From Adineta vaga (taxonomy: Eukaryota; Animalia; Rotifera), in contig CP075494.1 of NCBI GenBank assembly GCA_021613535.1, positions 2,542,001 to 2,606,000 on the forward strand: a DNA stretch of 64,000 bases. The letters run 5' to 3'. Both the position numbers and the translations under genes were made by a program. Below are positions 48,580 to 62,170 of this stretch, piece after piece. Every line of letters starts with the position of its first letter. Position 1 is the first letter of the stretch. Under the pieces are notes generated by a model. That model searched no databases, was not told the DNA's origin, and saw only the letters and a program-made list of their open reading frames with translations.

Positions 48580-51500
48580 ATGGCAAGTGATAGCGATAAT
48601 GATTCCCAAGTAAGTCCTTCTTCATCAGCTAACAAACATGGGACACCTCAAAAATTAACTACGGCTAATCAAGATATCTTGGTTTACATACCCGATTTAC
48701 CAATAGATTGTCCTGGAAATGATCTAGAACAAAAACTTCGTGATTGTATCGAAAAAATTGGCCGTATGACTATAAAAAATATTAAATGTTATTTCAAACT
48801 TGGTATTGCTGTACTTGAATTAAATAAAAAAGAAGATCAAACTTATCTTTTAGACAATGAATCGATGATATTTGATCGAGAACTTCATATAAATATATCC
48901 TTTGTCGACACGCTCAATTTAGATTCTTACATTGTTATAGATCAAAATGTAAGTAAATTTCCTTCTGAAAATGATATCTCTCGTCGTTATATGCAAGTAT
49001 ATAAAACATCTGATCAATATAGCTGTGAACCGATTTCTAATCAATTTCCGAATATTTTTCGAATTTTCTTAACAAATCTTGATGAACTTATTTCTGCTGC
49101 TGATACTCCCGATTTTAAAATTGGAAATACTTTGGCACAAGTATATCCATATGCTGATTGTAGTTTTTTTTGAAGATTTACCTTCAAATACTAATCATGA
49201 TAAACTTACTAATGCTGTTGCTACGCAAATTGGTGAAAATAAACTTCTTTCGACAGCTTTTTACGTACAATATAATAAAAAGACAAGTAATGCAGTTGTT
49301 TTAGCAACAAAATCATCAAAGAAATGGAAAAATCAAAGTTTTATCGTCCTTGATGGTCGAAATTTATCAAAAAAAGTCAAACTTGCTTATCGAATTATTG
49401 TTTCTCCTATTCCTAAGGGTTTGGACATTAATCGTATTCTTCAAATTAAACTATTTGCAGGCCAAGTTTTAAATCATTATGTTACTGATGATCATCTCAT
49501 TATCGAACTTAATAGTTTAAATAGTTATGATAATTGTATCAATATTGGTGCATGTCGGATAGATGATGTTACTATGGTTATAAAAGCACATACTGTTGAT
49601 AGTAATCCAGATCAATGTGAAATTAGTGCAGAAAATTGGTATGAAACAGAAATGTTAGATATTGAACCGGATATAAAAATGATTATGAATAATCTTCAAC
49701 ATCCAATTCTTCATTACAAATGGAATGCTCAAAATTGGCTTGAACAATTTAAAAAAGCGGAGAAAAATCGAAGTAAAGAATCGAAATATGATCGTATTTT
49801 ACATTTATTACGTGTAACAGTGATGTTAAATACAATTGCTATTCTTCGAAAAAAGAAATATGTTGTTAATGGTGAAGAAGTTACATTAGATTTACAACGT
49901 TTGAAAACAATTGGATATGATCATAAATCAAAATTGTTTCACGGAAAAAATATAAGGGAGACTGATTTTAAAACTCCATATCAATCAACAACAGTTCATG
50001 TTGTTGAGGAAGATTGTCTCTTAGTTTATGAAAAGTTAGTTTCGCAAGGATATCGACCATTATTGTTAAATATGGCAAATGCTACTAGTCCAGGTGGTGG
50101 CTATCGGAAAGGTGATGGAGCTCAAGAAGAAAAGTTTAAAAAACCAACTGGTATCAAAGATTTTTATCCAATGGATACATTTGGTGCGATTTATACATCT
50201 GGTATTACGGTTTTTCGACAGAGAGAAATAGAAGATGGTTATGAATATATGACTAAACCACTTTCAAATGTTTATTCGATAGCTATGGCAGCTTATCGAG
50301 ATCCTCAATTAAAGAAAAACAATATGATGGAAGATAAATTTGCTGTTAATACACATAAAAAGATTGAGAATATTTTTGCAATTGGATATCATCATAATCA
50401 TGATTGTTTAGTTTTATCTGCTTTTGGTTGTGGTGCTTTTAAGAATCCACCTGAACATGTCGCTTTACTATTTAAATCTGTCATTACTCAATATGCTGGA
50501 TATTTTGATAAAATTTATTTTGCTATTATTGATGATCATAATGCTGGAAAAGACTTGAATCGAAAAGGAAATGTTGTTCCATTTGAAAAGGTATTGGATA
50601 AACAAACTTTTTATCCGCCAGAAACATTACGTATCAATGGAGTTTCTGGACCATATCATATTCTTAATAAATCCTCTGATGGACAATTAACGCTTAGTGA
50701 TACACGTATTTTATATAAATCACCATGCCATCATGGTTCGAAATGTCGTGATATTAAAGATATTCAACATTGCAAGGAATTTTCACATCCACCAGTATGT
50801 TCGCATCAAACTGCTAGTGAACCATGTAAACAAATAGATGATGAAGTACATAAATTTACATTTCTTCATAATAGCAAATGTAAATATGCTGGTGAATGTA
50901 CAGATAATGATCCAAAACATTTAAATGAATATGATCATCCAAATCCATGTGAAGATGGCAATCATTGTTCAAATACTAATCCTGATCATTTACGTGCTTA
51001 TCGTCATTTACCGATATGTAAATATGGAATCCAATGTGTAGAATATTTAAAAAGACAAAAAGATCATTGTGCTACTTTTCGTCATTGTAAAGCAATCTGT
51101 CCTCAAGACAATTGTTGTATTCAATTTCATGATAAAAATCATATAGACAATACAATTCATACATTTCGACCACCTTGTCCATTTACACCATATAATTGCC
51201 AAAAATATATTACATATATAATGCGTCGTCCAGAAGAAAAAGTTGCATCAGATGTAGAAAATCATTGTCTTACACAGGCACATGTTTGTCCCTACGGTGT
51301 TTTATGCAAAACAAAAGATATTGCACATTATCTAACATCAATTCATATTGCTCGTCAAGTTTGTTCTGATGAAGATAAATGTACTAAACTTTCTGATGTA
51401 ATTAGAACATTTGGAATCATATTCTCATCCAAACATACGAGATATTCGTTTATTTTGTAAGTATCCTGGTTATAAATGTCACAATAGATTTGAAGAACAA

Positions 51501-54186
51501 CACTTACAAAAGTTTCGACATGGAGAAAATCATGATCATTTAAGTGTTGCACCATCAAGTAATTTGAACGTTACAATTAATTTTACACGTAATCAAGGTG
51601 ACATGATTCGAAATTTGAATGCATATGTAGATGCTTCAGGATGGAAAAAAGTATCGATCTCTCGAGAAATACTGAATTGGATACGAGCGTTACAACCTGT
51701 ACATCGTTGTAATGCAACTGTTTCCGAATCAATACTTGTACTTGGACATGTAATGAGTGTTAGTTATATGGAATTATTAAAGAAACCAAAACATGTTGCT
51801 AAAGCTGTCATGCAACATAGTCGAATACGTAAAATTCTTCTTGAACATAATATCCCTGAAGTAAAACAATCTATTTATGATTTAATTCTACTACTAGTAC
51901 TTGCTGAATTTGGAAAAGCACGAGCAGATGGAGTGACTTCTGTCGATGCTGATCATGATTCAAATGTTATCATTGTTAAAAAAAAATTAAAACCACCTCT
52001 TTCTGATGGGGATATTAGTGCTATAGAGAAGTGGGCTGTTCAAATAGCTCTGCAATCGATTAAACTGGCTAATAATCCAATGGGAATTAAATATGATGTT
52101 GATATAAAGTTAGAAACAAATAAACACGTTTTTAGTATATTAGGACCTCATTATGGTACTTATTATGGTGATATTGTCATAACGTTTAAACAAGAAATCA
52201 TGTATCATCCTGATGCAAATTTTTCTATTCAAGCTGGAACTGGTTTTCATAGTTCAAGAGTGTATACATTACGTCCATGGTGGAAAGATCCAGGAAGTGA
52301 AGATAAACATATTAATGATTTTCATAGTGCTAAATTACATTGTTCTGTTCCTCGTTTTGAATATGCTGCAGCTGCTGAACTCGTTGCAGTTACTGGTTTG
52401 GATCAGAAATCAATGGATATTGATCTTCACACTATTGTTCAACGATGGACAACTGTAGATTCACATGATGTATTCGAAAGTCATTTACCTCAACTGATTC
52501 CTTTAGATTATATTGATAATGTTTATATACCGAAAAATTTATTTCAGACATTAAGTATTGAAGCTCAAATGTCCGCTCAAGCAGTTTTTAAGAAGTCATT
52601 AATTCTAACTGATCATCCAATTGATCTTAGTAACACAAAGCCGGCTCGTCCTGAATTATTAGATCCTGATCGTAAATCTTATTTAGAATTTGTTACTAAA
52701 AAAACTCTCGAAAAAATTAGAGAAAGAATGAATACACCAAAAGCTTCTCGTGGTTTTATTATTACTGTTCCTGGAACAAAATTTAATGAACAAATCGTTA
52801 TACCAATTACAATTTCTCACTCATACAAATTATATTGTCTTGATAAACCAAAAGCACCAAATCATCCGGAAAATACATATATTTATTGGCAAGTAATGAA
52901 TGGTGATATGATGTTAACATTATCAAATGAAACAATTCACTCAAGTGATAAAGATCAAAGCAATTTACGATATGTTATTTGCTACGTTGCGCAAAAACCA
53001 TCACAAACAGCAACAGATTATCACGAAGCAAGTTCTTATATAAATGATGGTCATCCATTACAACATTATAATAATGTACATAATAGTAAATTTAAAGCAA
53101 AATCAAATGTATTTTATCGTGGTTGTAATACAGATGATTTTTTTACTTTTTGTTTAAAACTTACTTGTAAAACAAATGAAGTTACATTTTCACATGCTGG
53201 TCCTAACGGCATTTATAATCATGAAGAGATTCATTATCAATTTGATAAATCAAATTTAGATTTATCTAGATTAGATTATATTCATGTTAGTGGTGGATCT
53301 CAAGATGTACCCATACGTAATTTAATTATTCGTCATGAAAAAGTACCAGAATTACATCCAACATTTGATAAAGATTATAAAATTGATACATCTGAATTAT
53401 TGAAACAACATCGATCACCAGATGATTATACACATTTCGCTGGTTATCATGGTGGAGAACAGAAAAGAAAAAAAGAGACTTATGAACCACAGAAATCAAG
53501 ATCAACTCATATCTCTGCCCAACCAACAGCAGCACCCGGAGAAACAATAAGTCTTTTTCGACGGATTCAAACAGCATTATGCTGTTCGTCGACAAATATA
53601 GTTTCACCGACACCAAAATCATCCAATACTAAACAAACAAGAAAATCAAGTCCATCATCATCATCATCAATAAAACTACCTCCTTGTCGAGATTCTATTT
53701 ATTGCTTACAATTAGATCAAAAAGATCACACAGATAAATATTTCCATCGATGTCGTTTCAATGAGGTATGTCAAAACAAAGACAAAGAACCTCATCTTGT
53801 CCATGAACGGCATCAAGTTCCTCAATGTTCAGATGATAAAAATTGTTCCAATAAAACAAATCCTATTCATCGTGCTCAATATCGACATACAGCTTTACCT
53901 GATTTTCTTTATCCATGTCGTAATCAAGAAAATTGCTATAATAAATCAGTCGAGCATCGCATAAAATATTTTCATGGCGAAGAAATTCCTTCGTTTATAA
54001 GTAAAAATTTTCCTTCATGAAGAAGTTTTCTTCAAATTTTTCTTTTTTCTTTTAGAAAATAAAACATCAAGTAATGCTCATGGTGGAAGTGCACCAAAAC
54101 GTGACTTGATTCCATGCCAATATGGGGATCAATGTCGATCAACAAAAGATCCGAAACATATAGCAAAATATTCTCATCCAACTTAG
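48580..54186 (+). pseudogene. Giant protein: RRM-like N-terminus, TIGR02452/DUF2263 microbial-type PARG macrodomain, many PBZ-like C2H2 fingers, putative ART-fold domain; two frame breaks
   Basis: LNMANATSPGGGYRKGDGAQEE and LVLSAFGCGAFKNPP; repeated CxxGxxCxxxxxxHxxxFxH; frame changes at ~49170 (T-run) and ~51400; last exon 54056-54186 after a GT-AG intron. Confidence 0.8.
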
Positions 54187-54253
54187 ATAATTATATAGCC
54201 TATTCCTTTTTTTTTAAATAATAAAACAACAATAATAAAATGAATGGTTATAA

Positions 54254-54324
54254 ATCTTGAGGGTGCATCGCATTTGCAGGTGATATTTGATCCTTGCATC
54301 TACACTCATCCACATCCGCAAGAT
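54254..54324. repeat. Degenerate palindrome E21
   Basis: ATCTTGAGGGTG...CTACACTCATCCACATCCGCAAGAT; ~70 bp after the stop. Confidence 0.7.
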
Positions 54325-54591
54325 GATGATGATGATGATTTTCTTTAATATATCTGTAGTGAATGCGATGTTAATATCACGTTCAAAAATAATTCATTAT
54401 CGCAGGCATTTCTAGCCAAACATATCCTTGTTAGTTGACGTCAATCATTGAGCTCAAGTATGAAGCTCTGTCATTTTTCAAAATAAATCTTCATATTATA
54501 AAATGTTTTTCTTTTGTTGTTCACTGTGTTGACTGCGTTCAATAAAATGATTTTCTTAATAAACTAGACTTTCTTCAAATTGATAACTGAA

Positions 54592-57500
54592 ATGATGAGA
54601 AATTCTGTTCATCGAATCAGACAAACAATAAATCAATTCAATTTATTCGAATTAGAAACAGTTCGTTTACAAAATTATGATTTGAGAAGAGCAATTGTAT
54701 CAACAAGAATTTACATAATCTTTTTAGTAATATTGATAACAATTCTTTCTATTTATTCAGCATTTCAAGGTCAAAATCAAGTTATTATTGTGAGAAATCC
54801 ATCAGAATTTGAATTTCGAACTCTTCAAGAAAACTATCCAAATACATTAACATGTCCTTGTCAACAAATGACAATTCCATATGGATCATTTATTAAAATT
54901 ATACCTGAACATCATCCAATATGTTCAAGTATATTTATGAGTGAAATGTGGATTAATCTTTTATTTAATTATAATATTAGTTATTATTATCCACTTGATT
55001 TTCGTTCATCATCTTCGGGACAATTTCAAATTCTATCATCATTATGTTCTCTTGTAAAACAATTTCTCAATGATCAAATTCAAGAATTTCTTTCGAATAA
55101 TTTTCTTACAACAATTGTACTTTCACCACAATCATTTGATGCTCAAAGTCAATCACAAAGTTTATTTATTCGAACATCAACGACTAGTGCTTTTCTACAA
55201 GTATTACATTTAATTCGTGATACAACTCATATAGATTTATTCCAAACAGCTTTACAAACTTCAAAACATCGTCGAATAGGATTTTGGGGTCAGTACGCCG
55301 ATCAAAATTATTTGCCAACCACTTTTTCCGATCAAAATGGTACTATTTGTAGTTGCGACATTCGTTCTACTTGTTCATCATCAATTTCTGGTTTCTTCGA
55401 TTTGTTTGCTTATGAACATGATGGTACTTATACATCATCAATATCATTAATATCAAAAGTACCAGGATTTTTTGTTGGATGTTATGCGCTTGAATCAATT
55501 CTTCAATCATCACTCGAATGTTTATTTGATTTACAATGTTTACAACTTATTCTTGACTATTTTCCTCATAGTAATACAAGTAATATTACTTATTTACATC
55601 GAAATCAAACAAAATATCCTATTGACACACGTGTAAGTACACTTGTTGAGAACTTATTTCTTGAAAAATGGATAACAAATAGTTCATTTACAAATTATTA
55701 CAATATATGTGCACCACTTTTATGTACATATTCATATGTTCGATATGGTAATATTCTTTATATTATCACTCAAATCTTAGGATTTTATGGTGGATTAGTT
55801 ATTGTACTTCGATTATGTATACCTCGATTAGTGATCTGGTTCTATAAACTTATTTATAATCGATCAAGAGATGCTATTCGTAAGTGTCAGTTTTACTTTT
55901 CAATACGATTATAAGCTTCTTTTTTCTTTTATAGAAATTTCTTTGACTGAACGATTTCGAAACTTAAGTCGATCGATTCCTCAACGAATGAAAAAGTTGA
56001 ATTTATTTGAAAAATATGATTCATCACGTAAGGATCCTTATGAGTTACAAACATCACAAATAATAACTCGTATTTATCTCATTCTTCTTTGTTTAACAAT
56101 GTGTATCTTGATCATTTACGTATCAACAATTACTCGTACGCAAATATTTATCATTAAAAAACCCTCACAAAAAACATTTGAAAGTTTATATTCAAAATAT
56201 TCCGATACAATGAAATGTTTATGTAAACAAATCTCTATTCCATATGATAATTTTATTTCTCTATCACCTAAATATCATCCAATATGTTCAAGTTTATTTT
56301 TATCTCCCGAATGGGTAAGTTCATTGTCAGGTAAATACATCGAGCCACACTTTTATACTATATATGATTTTCAATTAATTGGTCATACTACTTTTAATGT
56401 AATTCGAACTTTATGTTCATCTTCGATACGAGCAATAACTAATTCTTGGTTTAATTTTAAACAATCTTTATATATAGCAGAATATTTATTACCGAAAGAT
56501 ATAATGATCAAAGAAGTTGAAACAGTAATAAGTCAATTTCAACAGAATACAATTACTGATTTTCAACAAAGTCTTGATATGATTCGATTACACACAATGC
56601 ATATGGATGCTAGTGCTCTAGCTAATGTAGTGTTCTATACTTCGAAAACACTGGATAGCAATGAAACTTTTCTAAATTTTCATCCCATTCCAAAGAATTT
56701 AGGCTGGTGTCGTTGTGAAGTAAACGATGATTGTACTGAGTCGATGTCTATCTTTGACTATTCAAACGCATCGGATGTTTTCAGCCCACATGTTTTTATT
56801 GTTCCTGGATTATTTACTGGTTGCTTTGCTATGCAAGCAGTTTTTCAATCAACGTTAGAATGCTTCTATAATCAAACATGTTTAGATACGATTCAAAAAA
56901 TGATTCATTCTAATAAATCGATCGATATGAATATTCTTGATCAGAGTCAAACACGATTTTCACCTAATTCAACTTTAGGAACAATATTGAATGAAATGAT
57001 GCTTGAAACATGGGGAGATGAAATAAAATATGATCAATATTATCAACAATGTTCACCTATTTTATGTTCATATACAATTACAAAACGTAATGATATTACA
57101 TATATCTTTACATTTCTAATTTCTTTATATGGTGGTGTTTCGATAGCATTAAGAATTCTTATTTCATTTCTTATTCGTTGGATACGAAATCAATATCGAC
57201 CAGATCGTGAACCAATAACAGGTAAGTAATCAAACAAAATTTGAATTTTTAATTTTTCGACTATTGAAATTAACCATGCAAATGAAACGACTTAGCTGTA
57301 TGTCTGTCTTACTCATGAATATTTCTATGTTTAGAAGAACGAAGTTATTTTCAACGTTTATTTCTTTTATTGAATAAATGTAAAATGAAAATTAAAGAAT
57401 ATAATCTATTTGTAAATGAATTATCATGGAATAATGAGCAACGTCGTCGAAAAGAGATTATAACGACTCGAATTTATTTTATTCTATTAATAATTAGTGT

Positions 57501-58557
57501 TCTTATTCTAATTATATTTACTTCATTATCAACTTTAACAAAATCTATAACAATTGATTATCCAACTCAAATGATATTTAATAAACTTCGACTAGATTCT
57601 CAAATCTTTCCAACACTTGAATGTCCTTGTCAACAAATAACTATACCTTACAATTTATTTATTTCAATTAATCATTCTTTTCATCAACTTTGTTCAAGTG
57701 ATTTTATAGATTCAAAATGGATCAATGTTTTGTCTTCATATAAAACTGATTATTATTCTTATGACAGTTTTTATGTTTTTGGTTTACAACACTTTCGTAC
57801 ATTATCTTCTTTATGTAATGTGGCAAATAAAACTCTCATAGATAATTTAATTCGATTTCAGTCAAAAATATTAGTTAGTAAAAGAATTCAATCATACGAT
57901 TATATTCATTCTCAAGCTCGAAGTGAAGTGTTACAATTTCAATTATTAACATATCGAACGTTTGTTTGGACATTAGATTTTATTCGAGAAATGGCTCAAG
58001 GGAATGGAATTATATCAGCTATTCAATCGAATTGGCATTATCAAACATTGAATAGAAAATTCTGGGCTCAAATATGGACTAAACCATATTCATATGGAAA
58101 TGATAAGAATTGTTCTTGTGGAACAAATTCCATGTGTAGTTCACCAGCTATGTTTGGAAATATTTCAATACCTGGTTTTCGAGTTGGTTGTTATGTAATT
58201 GATTCACTTTTACAATCAACTTTAGAATGTCTTTATAATATTACTTGTATTAATTTACTGAAATCTCTTCTTGATAAACAAAATGTTAGTGTTCTGCCAT
58301 TAAATGCAAATCTTTCTTCTCCAAAAGAAATTGTTCAAAGTCTTATTAATCATCTTTTTATTGATCAATGGAAGGCAGATATTTCCTATGATAAATATTA
58401 TGAAACATGCTCATCACGTTCATGTCGATATTCAATTGAAGAACGTGTTAATTTTCTCTATATGATAACAACAATCATTGGTTTTTACGGTGGATTAACT
58501 GTTGTATTAAAAATGTTGGCTCCACTTCTAATGAATTTAAAACGATTCTTCTTTTGA
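54592..58557 (+). CDS. Membrane protein with three tandem TM-Cys-rich ectodomain-TM units (exons 54592-55879, 55935-57221, 57335-58557)
   Basis: Phase-1 GTAAG donors and AG acceptors join the three ORFs in frame. Same motifs as the 21689-27965 gene (TRIY-TM, LxCPC, GCY..LQSxLEC, YY..C.P..CSY, GFYGGL). Confidence 0.85.
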
Positions 58558-59668
58558 CGTCAACTAAATAGAATTAATCACGAAAATTCGTTTTAAATCT
58601 TTGATGTTTAATGTTGTCTTCGGAATTAAAATCTCGGCTCGCGACTGCTAAAGTATATCCGAGTGATAACAAAAGCTATATACTCACACCATTGCGAAGT
58701 TATTTAGAAAATATTGTTCGTGATGGAATTTCAAAAACAATGTACAAAATATTTTAGGACGACTCCGATTTTAGCATTTTTTCGCTATAGGATAATCCAT
58801 TTGAGTGAGGCAACTTAAAAGATTGAGCGTTACAGAATTTCACTGATTTTCTTGTTTTCCACGGAGGAAGATTTAGTGACATAAAAATGATATCTCATAA
58901 TTATTCGTGTTTTTAAACTCGTAGGAAAGTAAAATTATGTTAGTTCTATATGTCAGCTGTGTAGCTCTAAATCCCAAACAAACTTGATTATATTCTTATG
59001 AATTTTAATCTTCGACTGAACCATTTTAATGTTGAATATTAACCAAATCATTTTTTTTTCTAGAAATTAATAGTTACTCATCGTGGACAGTAATGTGAAT
59101 AAAAATTGATAAAATTTGAAACTTTCTATATTCTAAAGAAAATTGAAGAATGACATGTACAAAACGTATTTTACTGCACGAAGAAGACGATGTCGATTTT
59201 TGATTGTGTAGTGGGATTTTTGCTTGTATTAAGACAAGCGCGTGAATAGATGTATTCTTATCCTCTTTCTTTTTTTCGTTCTCATTGACCTATGTATACA
59301 TATAACTCTCTCATGGTCGAGAGAGCACGTGATATATATATATTCGCTTACCCGACTTGACTTCTTCTGAACTTCTGTCTCATCATTTACGTTTAGTAAG
59401 CTTCGAATATATGCCTGTGAGGATATGGATTTTACATTCTAATTCTTTTTCGTTTTTTTTCACGTTTGACTCATCGATATGCTGCTGATGCTGAAGCAAT
59501 AACATCGTCATATTTTCTTTTTTAGTCAGTTTCTAGGAAAATATGTTTTTAGTTGAGGAACTGGGTTAATTAAAACAGTTCGTGCCATTTTACATAAATT
59601 TACTGAAGAGAATTTTTACGGAGAGAATTGGATTACTTGAATTTTCTAGATTTTAAGACGTATCTACG

Positions 59669-60904
59669 ATGTCGATCTCGGAATTCAGATCAATGCTTCA
59701 ACAGTTCGCAGATACCTACCTTAAAGGAGCATATAACAAATACATGCAACATTCTGATCCTCGATCTCGTTTTCAGTCAACTCAAAATATTTACCACGCT
59801 GCGATTCAATCAGGTCTAATTCTTGCACAAATTCCCACTTGCGACGGTGGTACAAACGAAAGCCTGAGATACGGCATGGTCATGGCGGAGGAATTGTATG
59901 CTGTAGATCCAAGTATCGCACTTACAATTCTTGGTACAGGACTTGGTCTTTCTCCACTCCTTCTCTTCGGAAATCCAGCGCAAAAGAAAGAATTTCTTGA
60001 ACCATTTTTGGCCAAAGAAGGAACGCCATTAGCAAGTTTCGTGGCTTCCGAAGTGGGTGGAAATGCTAATTGGTTAGATCCATCTCCGACTGCTCGAGGA
60101 GTACAAACATTCATTGAACAAGATGGAGATGATCATTGGATTCTTAATGGCGAGAAAATATGGGCTACAAATGTCGGCGGCTGGACTTCTCGAGGTTCAG
60201 ACTTGATGTGTGTCGTTTGTCGAACAAAAGACAATTCGACTCCACTGTCGTCAATGTCCATCGTCATTGTTACTCGATTCGACATCGATGCCAATCCAGC
60301 CGATGCATTTACAATTGTTGATGATTTTGAAATGATTGGACATCGTGCCACTTCCGGTCCTCATATTAAATTCACCAATCTTCGAATTCCCGCCAAGAAC
60401 ATGCTTTGTGAACCAGGAAGTGGTGCTCACGCTGTGGAAACAGTATTCACTGCGTCGACTTGTATGGTCGCAGCATTTTCAATTGGAATCATGCGTACAG
60501 CATTTGAAAAAGCTTTGATCTTTGCCAAATCAGAGACTCGAAATGGTAGTCAAACCATCATTCATTATCAATCGGTTTCCGATATACTAATTTCGATGAA
60601 AACGAAACTCGAGACATCAAGAGGACTCGCTTTGCGAGCTGTTGAATTACTGGAATCTCAAACATCAGGAGAATTGGGCTATCTCGCAAAAATTTATTGT
60701 TCAGAAAGTGCTGTTGAAGTTGTTGCTGATGCAATGAAAGTCGTTGGTGTAGATAGTTATCGAGCCGATTTTGGATTTGGCCAATTGATGGAAAATGCAT
60801 TAGTGTTACCTGTGTTCGATGGTGGTAATGTTGGAGTTCGACGAAGACAAGTGCAGAAGTTATTTGAAAGTGAGAAATATGATCCACGTATTTCACTCGA
60901 TTGA
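59669..60904 (+). CDS. Nitroalkane oxidase-like flavoprotein (acyl-CoA dehydrogenase superfamily), fungal-like
   Basis: SRFQST..YHAAIQSGLI.AQIP, SEVGGNANWL, NGEKIWATN, GHRATSGPH, and C-terminal LPVFDGGNVGVRRRQ with Asp at the catalytic-base position. Confidence 0.85.
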   Translation: MSISEFRSMLQQFADTYLKGAYNKYMQHSDPRSRFQSTQNIYHAAIQSGLILAQIPTCDGGTNESLRYGMVMAEELYAVDPSIALTILGTGLGLSPLLLFGNPAQKKEFLEPFLAKEGTPLASFVASEVGGNANWLDPSPTARGVQTFIEQDGDDHWILNGEKIWATNVGGWTSRGSDLMCVVCRTKDNSTPLSSMSIVIVTRFDIDANPADAFTIVDDFEMIGHRATSGPHIKFTNLRIPAKNMLCEPGSGAHAVETVFTASTCMVAAFSIGIMRTAFEKALIFAKSETRNGSQTIIHYQSVSDILISMKTKLETSRGLALRAVELLESQTSGELGYLAKIYCSESAVEVVADAMKVVGVDSYRADFGFGQLMENALVLPVFDGGNVGVRRRQVQKLFESEKYDPRISLD

Positions 60905-61169
60905 CTTATTTTGACAAAGTCTTTTTTTTTTATTGTATTCATTACTATCTTTAACTAGACCTTCACTCTCATGATAATTGATAATGAGCAGAGATAGATC
61001 TGATTATTCTATAGTAATTAAATATTGTATCACAAATGAATACAAATCAAATAAGTTTTCTGACCTGATTACAATATTTAATTCTCGTAAACATACTTTC
61101 GCTGTTCTAGAAATACACAATAAGGACAAACGATGTGTTTTTTATTCGTTTTTGGTAATAAAAACCGTA

Positions 61170-62170
61170 TAATTTGATTGATATCTTTTCTATACATTCT
61201 AGTTTTCAAATCATTGACTTGTGGAAACAAATTCGTTATTAATTGCATTGTTTCTAATGTACCCTGATGACGAAGATTTAAATTTTGAATTTTATTTGTC
61301 TTAGATACATAGTGAAAAATATCACTTTATTGAATTGATGTTGGAGTCGTTCTACCGAAAGACAATAGATCCAATTTTAATGTATGTAAATTAAGTGTAA
61401 AATATAATAATTTAACAATTTCTTCAAAAGGAAAAGAGTAAGATGGAAGAACTAGTTTAGTCGTATTTGGGAAATAATTGACACAACTGTTTGCTGCTTG
61501 TTTACTACGAATATGAACATGTTGAACTGAATTTAAATTCTGTTCTTTCATATGTGAACAAAATTGTCGATCGTATTCCCAGCAAAATGCATAATCTTTT
61601 CTTCTATATGAATTTTTGAATAGAAAATGCCTCTATCTGATGATTGTTGCCAATCATGTTGATGTGTAAAAATGCATTGTCATGCAATCTAAAATGATGA
61701 TTTAAATTGATTATTCTGTATTCCATCGGTATGATTCATATCAAAAATTCGTAAATTAGGCAATGAAGATAAGATCAAATGTTCCCATCGTTGTGCTTGT
61801 AAATACGTTGAATCATATTGTGTTGAAATATGTACAAGTTCAACACAACAAAAGAAACATTTGATGAATATTCCTGATAAATCGAAATTAATAGAATGAA
61901 GATTAACAGAAATATATTTTAAATATTATAAAGCAATAGGATCTCGATCAATATCTGGATAACGAGATCCTACAAAACAATCAATTGATAAGTGACTAAG
62001 TTTTGGAAGACAAAGATATATATCACTAAGGGACTCACATGTAAAACGTGTATTAAGAATAAAATGTTCGACAGGACTACCGCTAAAATCTGTCAAATAA
62101 ATAGGTGATGGTTGATGATCAGATTTTGTTCGATATGTAAATTTGCAAGATTTCAATTTCGGTAAAGGAA
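61170..62170 (-). pseudogene. F-box/LRR-like gene 3' fragment, frameshifted
   Basis: PLPKLKSCK..., YLQAQRWEHLILSSLPNLRIFD, YFPNTTKL, VSKTNKIQNL; 5' end replaced by E23. Confidence 0.75.
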
